DNA from: an uncultured Planctomycetales bacterium
GTDB lineage: Bacteria; Planctomycetota; Phycisphaerae; UBA1845; Fen-1342
Direction: 5' to 3'
DNA length: 64,000 bases
NCBI GenBank assembly: GCA_964418235.1
Contig: CAYQLG010000008.1
Coordinates: 2,164 to 66,163 of the forward strand
Shown: positions 56,236-64,000 of the stretch, in pieces
How positions within the stretch are numbered: the first letter of the stretch is position 1
Layout: each line of letters opens with the position of its first letter
Notes under the pieces: model-generated
What the model was told of the DNA's origin: nothing
Databases searched by the model: none
The model's input: the letters and a program-made list of their open reading frames with translations, nothing else
Translations under genes and position numbers: made by a program

Positions 56236-57386
56236 AGAAAATCAGCGATCACCGTGTCAGCCAGCAGGCGCCCGGCGGACGTGAGCCGGATACGTCCGCC
56301 GCTGTTTTCCAGCAGTCCCGCCGGCGTGTGCCGTTCGAGCGCTTCGGCAAAGAGCGCTTCGGGCGGCTGACCAAAGCGCGCGGCGAAACGCGCCGTGTCG
56401 ATCCCGTCATTCAATCGCAGCCACATCATCGCGGTCTCACGCGCTCGGCGGTCCGGCGGCAGCGTCTCGCGCTCGATCTGGGGTGAACGACCGGCTTGCA
56501 TGGCGCGCACATACTCGGCAGTGTCTGGGATGTTTCGATAGCGGGTCGCGCCGACCAGACCGGCGGCGGACGGGCCAACTCCCAGGCATGGCTCGTTGTG
56601 CCAATAGCGGAGATTGTGCCGGCACTCACAGCCCGGCCGCGCGAAATTGCTGATCTCGTACTGACGATAGCCCCGCTGCGCGAGCCATTCGATCGTCCGC
56701 TCGTACATCTCGGCTTCGATCTCCTGTTCGATCGGACGAACCTGGCCGGCGGCGCGCGCCCGATAGAGCGGCGTGCCCGGTTCGTAGGTCAGGCCATAGC
56801 ACGACAGATGATCCGGCTCGAGTTCGAGGGCCGCTTCGAGATTGCGCTGCCACGAGCCGATCCGCTGTCCCGGCACGCCAAAAATCAGATCGAGATTGAG
56901 CTGGCCGATGCCCGCCGCCCGGCAAATCGCAACAGTCTGCTCCACCTGGGCCGGTTGATGGATGCGGTCGAGCACGCGCAGCTCGCCTGGGTCGAACGAC
57001 TGTGCCCCGATCGAGACGCGCGTCACGCCGTTCTCGACCAGCGTACGTGCGATCTCGACGTTGACGGTGGCGGGGTTGGCCTCGACGGTGAATTCGAGCT
57101 GGGCTTCCGGGGCGCGCCCCGCAGCGAGCCGCGCGAGCAGCCGGGCAAGCTGCTCCGGCGGGAGTGTCGTGGGTGTTCCGCCGCCGACAAAAATCGTCTC
57201 GAAGGAGAAAGCAGCCCGCTCGGCGTGATGGTCTAGTTCGAGCAACAGGGCATCGACCAGCGGCCCCACCGCCCGCTTGTCATAGACCTCGGAGTAGAAG
57301 TCGCAGTAGCCGCAGATCGTGTGACAAAAGGGGACATGAACATAGACGGATTTATGAGGACCTTCGGTTGTCTGCGATGCGCTCAT
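56232..57386 (-). CDS. hemW: Radical SAM heme chaperone HemW (HemN-like, oxygen-independent coproporphyrinogen oxidase family)
   Basis: VYVHVPFCHTICGYCDFYS (CxxxCxxC), GGGTPT, HemN C-terminal domain. Confidence 0.85.
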   Translation of the reverse strand: MSASQTTEGPHKSVYVHVPFCHTICGYCDFYSEVYDKRAVGPLVDALLLELDHHAERAAFSFETIFVGGGTPTTLPPEQLARLLARLAAGRAPEAQLEFTVEANPATVNVEIARTLVENGVTRVSIGAQSFDPGELRVLDRIHQPAQVEQTVAICRAAGIGQLNLDLIFGVPGQRIGSWQRNLEAALELEPDHLSCYGLTYEPGTPLYRARAAGQVRPIEQEIEAEMYERTIEWLAQRGYRQYEISNFARPGCECRHNLRYWHNEPCLGVGPSAAGLVGATRYRNIPDTAEYVRAMQAGRSPQIERETLPPDRRARETAMMWLRLNDGIDTARFAARFGQPPEALFAEALERHTPAGLLENSGGRIRLTSAGRLLADTVIADFL

Positions 57387-57669
57387 TCCCTATGATTGTA
57401 GTGAGCGCTCATGATTCTTCGCATTTGGGCCGCACTAAATGTGCGCGTCCGCTGCATTCCGTGCTGGAATGGTCAACCGCAGGGCTTGGCGGTCGGCTCT
57501 TGGCCAGCACATCAGAACGCCGAAGTGCTTGTGAGCGCAATGGTTGGATGAATCGGCCCGGGGGCCGAGTGTCGCCGGCGGCGTCGTGGTCGTAGGTGCG
57601 ACCCGCGCGCCACTTCAGGGATTAACACCCGTTTGCCGCGCCGGGCGGCGACGGATTTGGGCTGAAATC

Positions 57670-58143
57670 GTGGCCACAAAGGTTGTACTGACACTCTTCA
57701 AGGATGGTGAACGGAAGGATTTTCCGCTTCGCCGTGGGATTTGGTCGATTGGCCGGCACCCGGATTGTCTGCTGCAAATTCCAGCCAAAGAAGTCTCCCG
57801 CAAGCACTGTGAACTCACTATTGGCGAAGGGGGCGTCAGCGTCGCGGACATGGAGAGCGCCAACGGCACCTATGTCAATGGTCAGCGTGTTCGCAAAAAG
57901 TCGCTGCGGCCGGGGGATCAGCTCCGCATTGGGCCGGCCACATTCGTTGTTCAAATCGACGGCAAGCCGGAGAAGATCACACCGATCGACGGCGTCGAGC
58001 CAAAGCTGGGGGCAGCCGCCCGCATGATGGACGAAGATGACGAAGGCGATCTGATCGCGCTCGACGACGACGACAAAGAGATCGACCTCAACGATCTCGC
58101 CACCGCGATCGACGATGACGACGAGGATGAGCCGCGGCGCTGA
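57670..58143 (+). CDS. FHA-domain protein with an acidic C-terminal tail
   Basis: FHA core WSIGRHPDCLLQIPAKEVSRKHCELT...SANGTYVNGQRV...GDQLRIGPATFVV. Start uncertain (GTG 57670); the ORF is open to 57544. Confidence 0.6.
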   Translation: MATKVVLTLFKDGERKDFPLRRGIWSIGRHPDCLLQIPAKEVSRKHCELTIGEGGVSVADMESANGTYVNGQRVRKKSLRPGDQLRIGPATFVVQIDGKPEKITPIDGVEPKLGAAARMMDEDDEGDLIALDDDDKEIDLNDLATAIDDDDEDEPRR

Positions 58144-58199
58144 TGCGTCGCGCGACGGGGCCTTTTCTCATCGGCGCGGGTTTGTCTTACTATCCCGTC

Positions 58200-58949
58200 A
58201 TGAGCACGCATCTGCTTTCCGTTCGGACGGATCACGCCATCGAACTGACGTTGAATCGGCCGGAGGCGCGTAACGCACTCTCACGCGCGCTGATCGCGGA
58301 TCTGACTGCGGCGCTGGAGGAAGCCCAGCGCGACGCGGAGGTGCGCAGCGTGATCATCACGGGCGCGGCGCCGGCCTTTTGCGCGGGGCTGGACCTGCGC
58401 GAAGTGGCCGCGACGACCGCGGATCAGGCCGAGCATGACGCCAGTTCGCTGCTGACGCTCTTTGAGACAATCGACAATCTGAGCAAGCCGGTCATTGCCG
58501 CCGTCAATGGGCCGGCGGTCGCGGGCGGGGCCGGGCTGATCTCGGTGTGTGACATCGTCCTATGCGGCGATTCGGGCCGGGTCGGCTATCCCGAGATCAA
58601 GCGCGGCCTCGTCGCGGCGATCGTGATGACTTATCTGCGCCGCCTGGTCGGCGAGCGGCAGGCCAAGTGGCTGCTGCTGACAGGCGAGACGCTCTTACCG
58701 GCGGCGGCGCAGCAAATGGGGCTGATCAACGAGGCGGTCAGCGACTCCGAATTGTTGCCGCGTGCGCGCCATTACGCCGCTGTGTTTGCCGGCTATCCGC
58801 CGCAGGCCTTGGCGAATACGAAGCTGCTATGGGGCAAGATTCGGAGTCTGGCTCATGCCGACGCGGTGCAGGAGGCGCGGAACCTCAATGCGTCGATGCG
58901 CCTGACCAACGAATCGCGCGCCGGCGTGAGCGAATTCCTGAAGCGCTAG
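58200..58949 (+). CDS. Enoyl-CoA hydratase/isomerase (crotonase) family protein
   Basis: Internal ATG 58200. IELTLNRPEARNAL, ITGAAPAFCAGLDL, AAVNGPAVAGGAGL. Confidence 0.8.
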   Translation: MSTHLLSVRTDHAIELTLNRPEARNALSRALIADLTAALEEAQRDAEVRSVIITGAAPAFCAGLDLREVAATTADQAEHDASSLLTLFETIDNLSKPVIAAVNGPAVAGGAGLISVCDIVLCGDSGRVGYPEIKRGLVAAIVMTYLRRLVGERQAKWLLLTGETLLPAAAQQMGLINEAVSDSELLPRARHYAAVFAGYPPQALANTKLLWGKIRSLAHADAVQEARNLNASMRLTNESRAGVSEFLKR

Positions 58950-59539
58950 CGCCGTCTTCGTCGCAGCATGATGGGGCAGAGCAGCAGCATGGCAGCGGTC
59001 GCCGGCTCAGGAATCGCGCTCACACGCAGGTTGAAGGTGTAGTTGTGCCGGCGCGACGTGTCGAGTTCCATCAACCACAATGAATAAACCCCGGGGCCGA
59101 GCGGCGGCGCAAAGCCGATTGCCCCAGGCCCCGTCGCGATCACCGGCAGGATGTCCTGACCCTGATCGGCGGAGCCGTAGTGCGCCCAGCCGAGGAGCGG
59201 ACCGGCGTCGACCGTGGTGTAGGGCACGGTGATCTGCGGGCCGGCTTGCAGCCCGATGAATGAAAAGGCGCCGCCGACATCGGCCTCCGCCACAATGAAG
59301 GCCTCGAGTTGCAGACCCGCGGGGATCGTGATCGTGGCATAGTCGAGGTCAAGCTGAAAGATCGCGGCTCCCGCTCCGAATGTTCCGCGCAGCACATTAT
59401 CTCCCGCGCCGAGCAGCAGCGGCGTGGGCGCCAGCCGCTCGTCCGAAAGATCGCCGGAGAGCGCTTCGTCATAGCTGTTCGCGAGGGCAGCGCTGAGAGG
59501 AGCCAGCAGCATGAGCAACATGATCGGGTAACGGTCCAT
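58946..59539 (-). CDS. PEP-CTERM sorting-domain exported protein
   Basis: ATG 59539. Signal MDRYPIMLLMLLAPLSAALA. C-terminus IPEPATAAMLLLCPIMLRRRRR. Its stop overlaps the convergent crotonase stop at CTAG (58946-58949). Confidence 0.7.
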   Translation of the reverse strand: MDRYPIMLLMLLAPLSAALANSYDEALSGDLSDERLAPTPLLLGAGDNVLRGTFGAGAAIFQLDLDYATITIPAGLQLEAFIVAEADVGGAFSFIGLQAGPQITVPYTTVDAGPLLGWAHYGSADQGQDILPVIATGPGAIGFAPPLGPGVYSLWLMELDTSRRHNYTFNLRVSAIPEPATAAMLLLCPIMLRRRRR

Positions 59540-59701
59540 AGTTGAACTGCTCAATGGGGTTAGAGTTTTCCGTGTCGCGGCATCAAGACCGTCGGAGGCA
59601 TGAGATTCCTTACGCGACGCCCATGCGTCGTTCATTTCACGTGCGCCGGGCATGACGCGTGCGCCGGGGGGCGTTGAACGGCGCACGCCGGGTTCAAAGC
59701 G

Positions 59702-61009
59702 TTAGAGGCTGCCGACGAATCCGCCGATGTCGGCAAAGTCGACCACGCCATTGCCGTCGAAATCAGCTTGCAGCCATTCGCAATCGCGCTGTTCAAGGCG
59801 ATAGTCGGCGCGGCTGATGACGGCGAGCACGAAAGGCTCGATATCGTTGAAGTCGCGGGCGCCGTCGCAATTCATGTCGCCGATCTCGAAGGGAAAGTGA
59901 AAGAGCTTGCCGAAGATGCCGTCTTCTTCGTTGTTGGGGCCGGCGGTGAAGTAAAGGTGGTTGGTGCGCCCGAGCTGGTCGCCGTTGCCGTATGTCAAGC
60001 CCCAGATGCCGTCGATCACGACCGGCTCGCCGTTACGGTCGCGCAAGTAGTCGATGAAGCGGCGGGTGGTGCGGTCAAATGCGATGATCGTGCCGTCGCC
60101 GAAGTTCGCCGCGAGCAGCGCGCCGCTCAGCGCGCCGAAGTCGTCGGGCGCAATCGCCAGCCCCCAGGGGGCATTCAGGAAGAGGCCGTGCTCATAGCTG
60201 GCGAGATAGCGGCCCTCAAGATCAAACTCCGAGATATAGCCATAACCCGGATAGGCGTCCTCTTCGCCGGTTTCATCGCCCAGGCGCGCCCACGCGACGA
60301 AAATCTTGCCATCGAGAAGCTGCATGTTGTACTGCGAAAAGACCGGCCAGACGTTGGGATCACGGAAATCGCCCGCAACGGGAATACGGCGGAACTGCTC
60401 GTCGTAGACGGCCCACGTCTCCAGCCCGAAATCGCACAGATAGAGCCGATTGCCCGACGGAAAATCCGTAATGGCCATGCCCGTATAGGCGCTGCCCGCG
60501 GCGGACGTGTCGATCATATTCACCGCGGTCGTCATGCCGGTGGTCCAGGCCGAAACGGTTCCGTCAAGCGTGCAGAAGATGAAGCGCGACGGCCCGGTCA
60601 AGCCCTCGCCGCTGATGATGAAGTCGGTGCGTGAGCCGCAAAAGACCTGACCGGTTGGTTGCGAGAGGGTCTCGGGCAGGCGCGCGAAGATCATCGACGA
60701 CGGAATATCCACCACGCGCAAGTCGTCTTGAAAAATCGGCAAGCCCGGGACATCGCCGACGTAGGTCGTCGTCGTGCCGCTGCCGGCGTTGGAGGTCCAG
60801 AAGTGGCCGCCGACGGCCGGCGGGCGCAGGGCAATGCCCCACGGGTTGATGAGCAGCGGGTCGATGAGCTGCGGCTCGAACTCGGCGCGGTTGGCGACGA
60901 GATTGACCTGCTGATAGCGATTGACTTCGGCCCAGCTCGATACGGTCAGCGCGGCGGCGATGAGCGCGGCGAGAATTCGTCCCGAGTTTGAGAAGTATGG
61001 AGTGCTCAT
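59702..61009 (-). CDS. TIGR03118-like beta-propeller protein with dockerin-like C-terminal module
   Basis: Signal ILAALIAAALTVSSWA. YQQVNLVANRAEFEPQLIDPLLINPWGIALRPPAVGGHFWTSNAGSGTTTTY resembles the TIGR03118 N-terminus (from memory). C-terminus GDMNCDGARDFNDIEPFVLAV...ADFDGNGVVDFADIGGFVGSL. Confidence 0.65.
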   Translation of the reverse strand: MSTPYFSNSGRILAALIAAALTVSSWAEVNRYQQVNLVANRAEFEPQLIDPLLINPWGIALRPPAVGGHFWTSNAGSGTTTTYVGDVPGLPIFQDDLRVVDIPSSMIFARLPETLSQPTGQVFCGSRTDFIISGEGLTGPSRFIFCTLDGTVSAWTTGMTTAVNMIDTSAAGSAYTGMAITDFPSGNRLYLCDFGLETWAVYDEQFRRIPVAGDFRDPNVWPVFSQYNMQLLDGKIFVAWARLGDETGEEDAYPGYGYISEFDLEGRYLASYEHGLFLNAPWGLAIAPDDFGALSGALLAANFGDGTIIAFDRTTRRFIDYLRDRNGEPVVIDGIWGLTYGNGDQLGRTNHLYFTAGPNNEEDGIFGKLFHFPFEIGDMNCDGARDFNDIEPFVLAVISRADYRLEQRDCEWLQADFDGNGVVDFADIGGFVGSL

Positions 61010-61409
61010 TGTCGTCTTGTCCTCGCTGAATGAAGCGCTTGGGTGCGCTCTCAGCCGGCACCGATCGAGTTTCGATGATGTCAGCGGGCGCTGCTGCCAT
61101 CAGCGCACGGCGCGATGGCGACAGACCTTGTCCAAAGATGTTTACAGCCATCCGTGAAGAAACGGCCAGCTTGCCATGAAAAATGAATGAGCTACGCGCG
61201 ATGCGCTGCATGTGCGCGCACCAGGCTGTCAAGGAAAATGAGGAACATTCATCATGTCTTGACAAATCCAGCAGCGATCGTTGACCGGCTCTTTACATCG
61301 GAGTCCTACATTCCTGGGGTTGACGTGGTCAAAAACAAACAACACGAGCGCGTCGCCGGCGGGCGACAGGCCACGCCAGTGTTTCCGACAGGCAACAGGA
61401 GAGGCTCCC

Positions 61410-63227
61410 ATGAATCGCATGATGATGATCGGCGGCGCGTGTAGCGCGCTGCTCTGCGCGGCGAGCGTTCAGGCTCAACTGCGCGGTCCCAGCACCAGCC
61501 AGGATCCTTACATTCTGCCGTCCAGCACGACTAGCGGCGTGGTCACGATCTCGATCGCCAGCAACGGCAACGGAACGAGTGCGCCAAATGAGACATTCAC
61601 GCGCACCACGACCGGCGCGAATGACTATCGTCTGGTCGGCATCCCCGACGGCATGGGCGCCTATCAGACGGCCGCCGACATTGCCGCCGGCCGGTTTGTC
61701 CTGCTGTGCAATCACGAGTTGGGCGCGACCAGCGGCATCGTCCGCCGGCACGGCAACCGCGGCGCGTTTGTTTCATCGTGGATCATTAATGCCGACCCGG
61801 CTGACCTGCGCGTGCTGAGCGCCGACGACATGCACACGACGTTCAACCTGTGGGTAAGCGGCGCGTATAGCGCGTTTGACACGACCAACCCGATGCCGGC
61901 CTACACCGGCACGCTGGCGCCGCCGCCGGCGGTCGCGCCGTTCAACGGCATCGGTCGCTTTTGCTCGGCCGACCTGGCTGAGCCGGGCGCCTATCGCTTC
62001 GGCAGCTTGGGCACAGATGCGCGCATCCTGCTGAATGGCGAGGAAATCGGCGCGAGCGGCCGCGCGTTTGCGCACGTCGCGACCGGCCCCGAGGCGGGTG
62101 TATCGTATGAGCTGCCCTATTACAGCAAGTATTCATGGGAAAACGCTGTCGCCAGCCCGTTCCCGCAGCAGAAGACGGTTGTCATCGGCCTCGATGACTC
62201 GACCCCCGGCGGCATCTACATCCACGTCGGTACGAAGCAGGCCAGCGGCAACGAAATTCAGAAAGCCGGCCTCGACAATGCTCAGCTTCTCGGCATTGTG
62301 GTGGCGGGCGTGTCGATTACCGCCGGCCAGCCGGTGGAAGATCGCGTCTGGGGTCTGGGCACCTCGACGACCGGCTTCATCGGCAGCAAGCCCTTTACCA
62401 CGTATGACTTCGGCACGACGCCGTCGCTGACCGGCGCGCAGTTGCAGTCTATCGGCGACGCCAACGGCGTGATCAACTGGCTCCGTCCGGAAGACGGCTG
62501 CTGGGACACCCGCGACCCGCGCAAGTTCTACTTTGTCACGACCGACACATTCGCCGGCAACAGCCGCATCTGGGAGCTCGAGTTCACCGATATCACACAA
62601 CCCGAGCTGGGCGGCGTGGTGACGATGCTGGGCGACGGTTCGGTTCCGGGGAGCTTCGCCGGCGGCATCCGCTCGGCCACCGGTCTGACCGACGTGCGCA
62701 TGATGGACAACATCGGCATGTCGCGCTACAACCAGATCGTCATTCAGGAAGACGTCGGCAACAACCCGCGCCTCGGCCGGCAGTGGCTGTATGACATCGC
62801 CCGCGACCGCATCACTGAGATCACGATCTCGGCGGCGGATCGCTTCACGCTCGGCCGGCCGGGCTTCCTGACGCAGGACGAAGAGGCTTCGGGTGCGATC
62901 GACGTGACCGGCATTCTTGGCCGCGGCTGGTGGGCGATCAACATGCAGTCGCACTACGGCATTTCCGGCGAATTGGCCGAAGGCGGCCAGCTTTTGGCGA
63001 TGTATGTGCCCAAGACGGTGAGCTGGCTCGGCGACGTGAATTGCGACGAGGTCGTGAATTTCGACGACATTGACGGCTTTGTGCTGGCGCTCACCGGCCG
63101 GGCGGCTTACGAGGCGGCCTATCCGGGTTGTGAATTCATGCTGGCCGATGCCAACGATGACGAGGTCGTCAACTTCGACGACATCTCGACCTTTGTCGAT
63201 TGCATCGTGAGCGGCGCTTGCCCGTAA
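61410..63227 (+). CDS. Exported propeller protein, distantly PhoX/DUF839-like, with dockerin-like C-terminal module
   Basis: ATG 61410 after AGGAGAGG. Signal MNRMMMIGGACSALLCAASVQAQ. GIPDGMGAY...LLCNHEL and IVIQEDVG resemble PhoX-family blocks; the functional call is weak. C-terminus GDVNCDEVVNFDDIDGFVLAL...ADANDDEVVNFDDISTFVDCIVSGACP. Confidence 0.6.
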   Translation: MNRMMMIGGACSALLCAASVQAQLRGPSTSQDPYILPSSTTSGVVTISIASNGNGTSAPNETFTRTTTGANDYRLVGIPDGMGAYQTAADIAAGRFVLLCNHELGATSGIVRRHGNRGAFVSSWIINADPADLRVLSADDMHTTFNLWVSGAYSAFDTTNPMPAYTGTLAPPPAVAPFNGIGRFCSADLAEPGAYRFGSLGTDARILLNGEEIGASGRAFAHVATGPEAGVSYELPYYSKYSWENAVASPFPQQKTVVIGLDDSTPGGIYIHVGTKQASGNEIQKAGLDNAQLLGIVVAGVSITAGQPVEDRVWGLGTSTTGFIGSKPFTTYDFGTTPSLTGAQLQSIGDANGVINWLRPEDGCWDTRDPRKFYFVTTDTFAGNSRIWELEFTDITQPELGGVVTMLGDGSVPGSFAGGIRSATGLTDVRMMDNIGMSRYNQIVIQEDVGNNPRLGRQWLYDIARDRITEITISAADRFTLGRPGFLTQDEEASGAIDVTGILGRGWWAINMQSHYGISGELAEGGQLLAMYVPKTVSWLGDVNCDEVVNFDDIDGFVLALTGRAAYEAAYPGCEFMLADANDDEVVNFDDISTFVDCIVSGACP

Positions 63228-63515
63228 GCGGCGTTGACCGACGCGAATGATCTCATTATTTCGGTGGCGCCGGCGCGGCTTCTCCTGCGCGTCGGCGCTG
63301 CTTGATTTTAGTGCTCTGCGAGCCGCCGCGGAGACGGCCCACCGTGGCCGACGGCGAGTCGAAATCAGCGGGAGCGTCATGATCAGTTCTACGTTTCGAG
63401 CTCCCGCATGTGAAATGTCAACTTCAGATTTTTAGCTTCGCGTCGAACTGCCGTCCTTGGAGATTCGCGCGTTCCCACTTATCAAAATCCGCTGAAGGCC
63501 GCATCATGCGCTTCG

Positions 63516-64000
63516 ATGCCGCTCATTCAATCCATCCTGCTCGACATCGAGGGCACGATCGCCCCGCTGGCGTTTGTGCGCGATGTGCTGTTTCCGTATG
63601 CCCGCTTGCGCCTCGATGATTATCTCGCCGAGCACTGGGACGCCGCGGAAGTCATCGCCGCGCGAGAGCAGATCGCGCGCGACGCGGCCACGGACGCGAC
63701 GACGCCGGACGCGCTGCTCGGCGTGGCGCGCCTGGAGGCCGCCGCGAAGAATTTGCCGGCCTCCGCGGTGCGCCGCGCGCTGGTCGCGCATCTGCACGCG
63801 CTGATGGACCGCGACGCCAAGACCACCGGACTGAAGCTGCTGCAGGGTTTGATCTGGGAGCGCGGCTTCGCCGCGGGCGTTCTGCGCGCGCCGCTCTTTG
63901 ACGAGGTCGTGCCGACGCTTCACCGTTGGCGGAAGGCGGGCATTGCGCTGGCGATCTACTCGAGCGGCAGCCGCGCTGCGCAGCGGCTCTTCCTCGCGCA
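63516..64000 (+). CDS. mtnC: Enolase-phosphatase E1 / acireductone synthase (methionine salvage), 3' end cut by window edge
   Basis: Not in ORF track (no stop). ATG 63516 gives MPLIQSILLDIEGTIAPLAFVRDVLFPYA...LKLLQGLIWERGF...GIALAIYSSGSRAAQRLF, with HAD motifs. Confidence 0.8.
   Translation, partial: MPLIQSILLDIEGTIAPLAFVRDVLFPYARLRLDDYLAEHWDAAEVIAAREQIARDAATDATTPDALLGVARLEAAAKNLPASAVRRALVAHLHALMDRDAKTTGLKLLQGLIWERGFAAGVLRAPLFDEVVPTLHRWRKAGIALAIYSSGSRAAQRLFLA

Noticed and set aside
62133-63380. 415-aa minus-strand ORF. Similar long ORFs lie at 30772..31974(-), 34899..36338(+), 6518..7600(+), 25535..26593(+), 4000..4881(+) and 59768..60634(+).
   Set aside because: All lie antisense to genes with strong family signatures and have the Arg/Ala/Asp-rich composition expected from the reverse frame of GC3-rich genes.

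Overview
High-GC (about 65% by eye) bacterial chromosomal segment. The gene content suggests Planctomycetota, possibly Phycisphaerae-like (inference): many exported proteins end in a Cys-containing dockerin-like double EF-hand module, and there are PEP-CTERM tails, DUF1571/DUF1844-type proteins and a TIGR03118-like protein. I call 45 protein-coding genes, two of them cut by the window edges. They include housekeeping genes (gcvP, uvrB, ATP-dependent DNA ligase, argS, pyrB, purN, trpG/pabA, tpx, rpsU, hemW, mtnC, NDH-2, pilT, HU, Csp), transporters (an ATGA-coupled ABC+HlyD pair, MATE, MFS) and at least nine exported proteins. I saw no rRNA, tRNA, CRISPR array, transposase, integrase or recognisable defence or toxin genes. 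The unusual content is architectural rather than a classical gene cluster. (1) A dispersed composite repeat (family A) has tandem 8-mer arrays GTGATAAG and GTGGGAAG, a TTCAATTCGTTCTTCGC core and a conserved hairpin. It fills many intergenic gaps, is tandemly amplified once (181-bp period) and brackets ndh in inverted orientation. One short copy sits in frame inside the essential gcvP gene. (2) A roughly 155-bp MITE-like family (family B) has CTAGTGCTTCGTCA inverted termini, and in two cases these supply the stop codon of the adjacent gene. (3) Five phased hairpins lie between two co-oriented genes, four of them as a 32-bp tandem array. (4) Seven unrelated exported proteins share a roughly 60-aa C-terminal dockerin-like module, with no cohesin-like partner visible. 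Their N-terminal domains include a pyroglutamyl-peptidase-like domain with Cys->Ser at the nucleophile position, a clan-CD-like His/Cys dyad domain, and PhoX-like and TIGR03118-like propellers. (5) The ABC exporter keeps Walker A and the signature motif but has substitutions at the Q-loop Gln, Walker-B Glu and H-loop His. All functional calls come from reading the translated motifs; no database search was possible.
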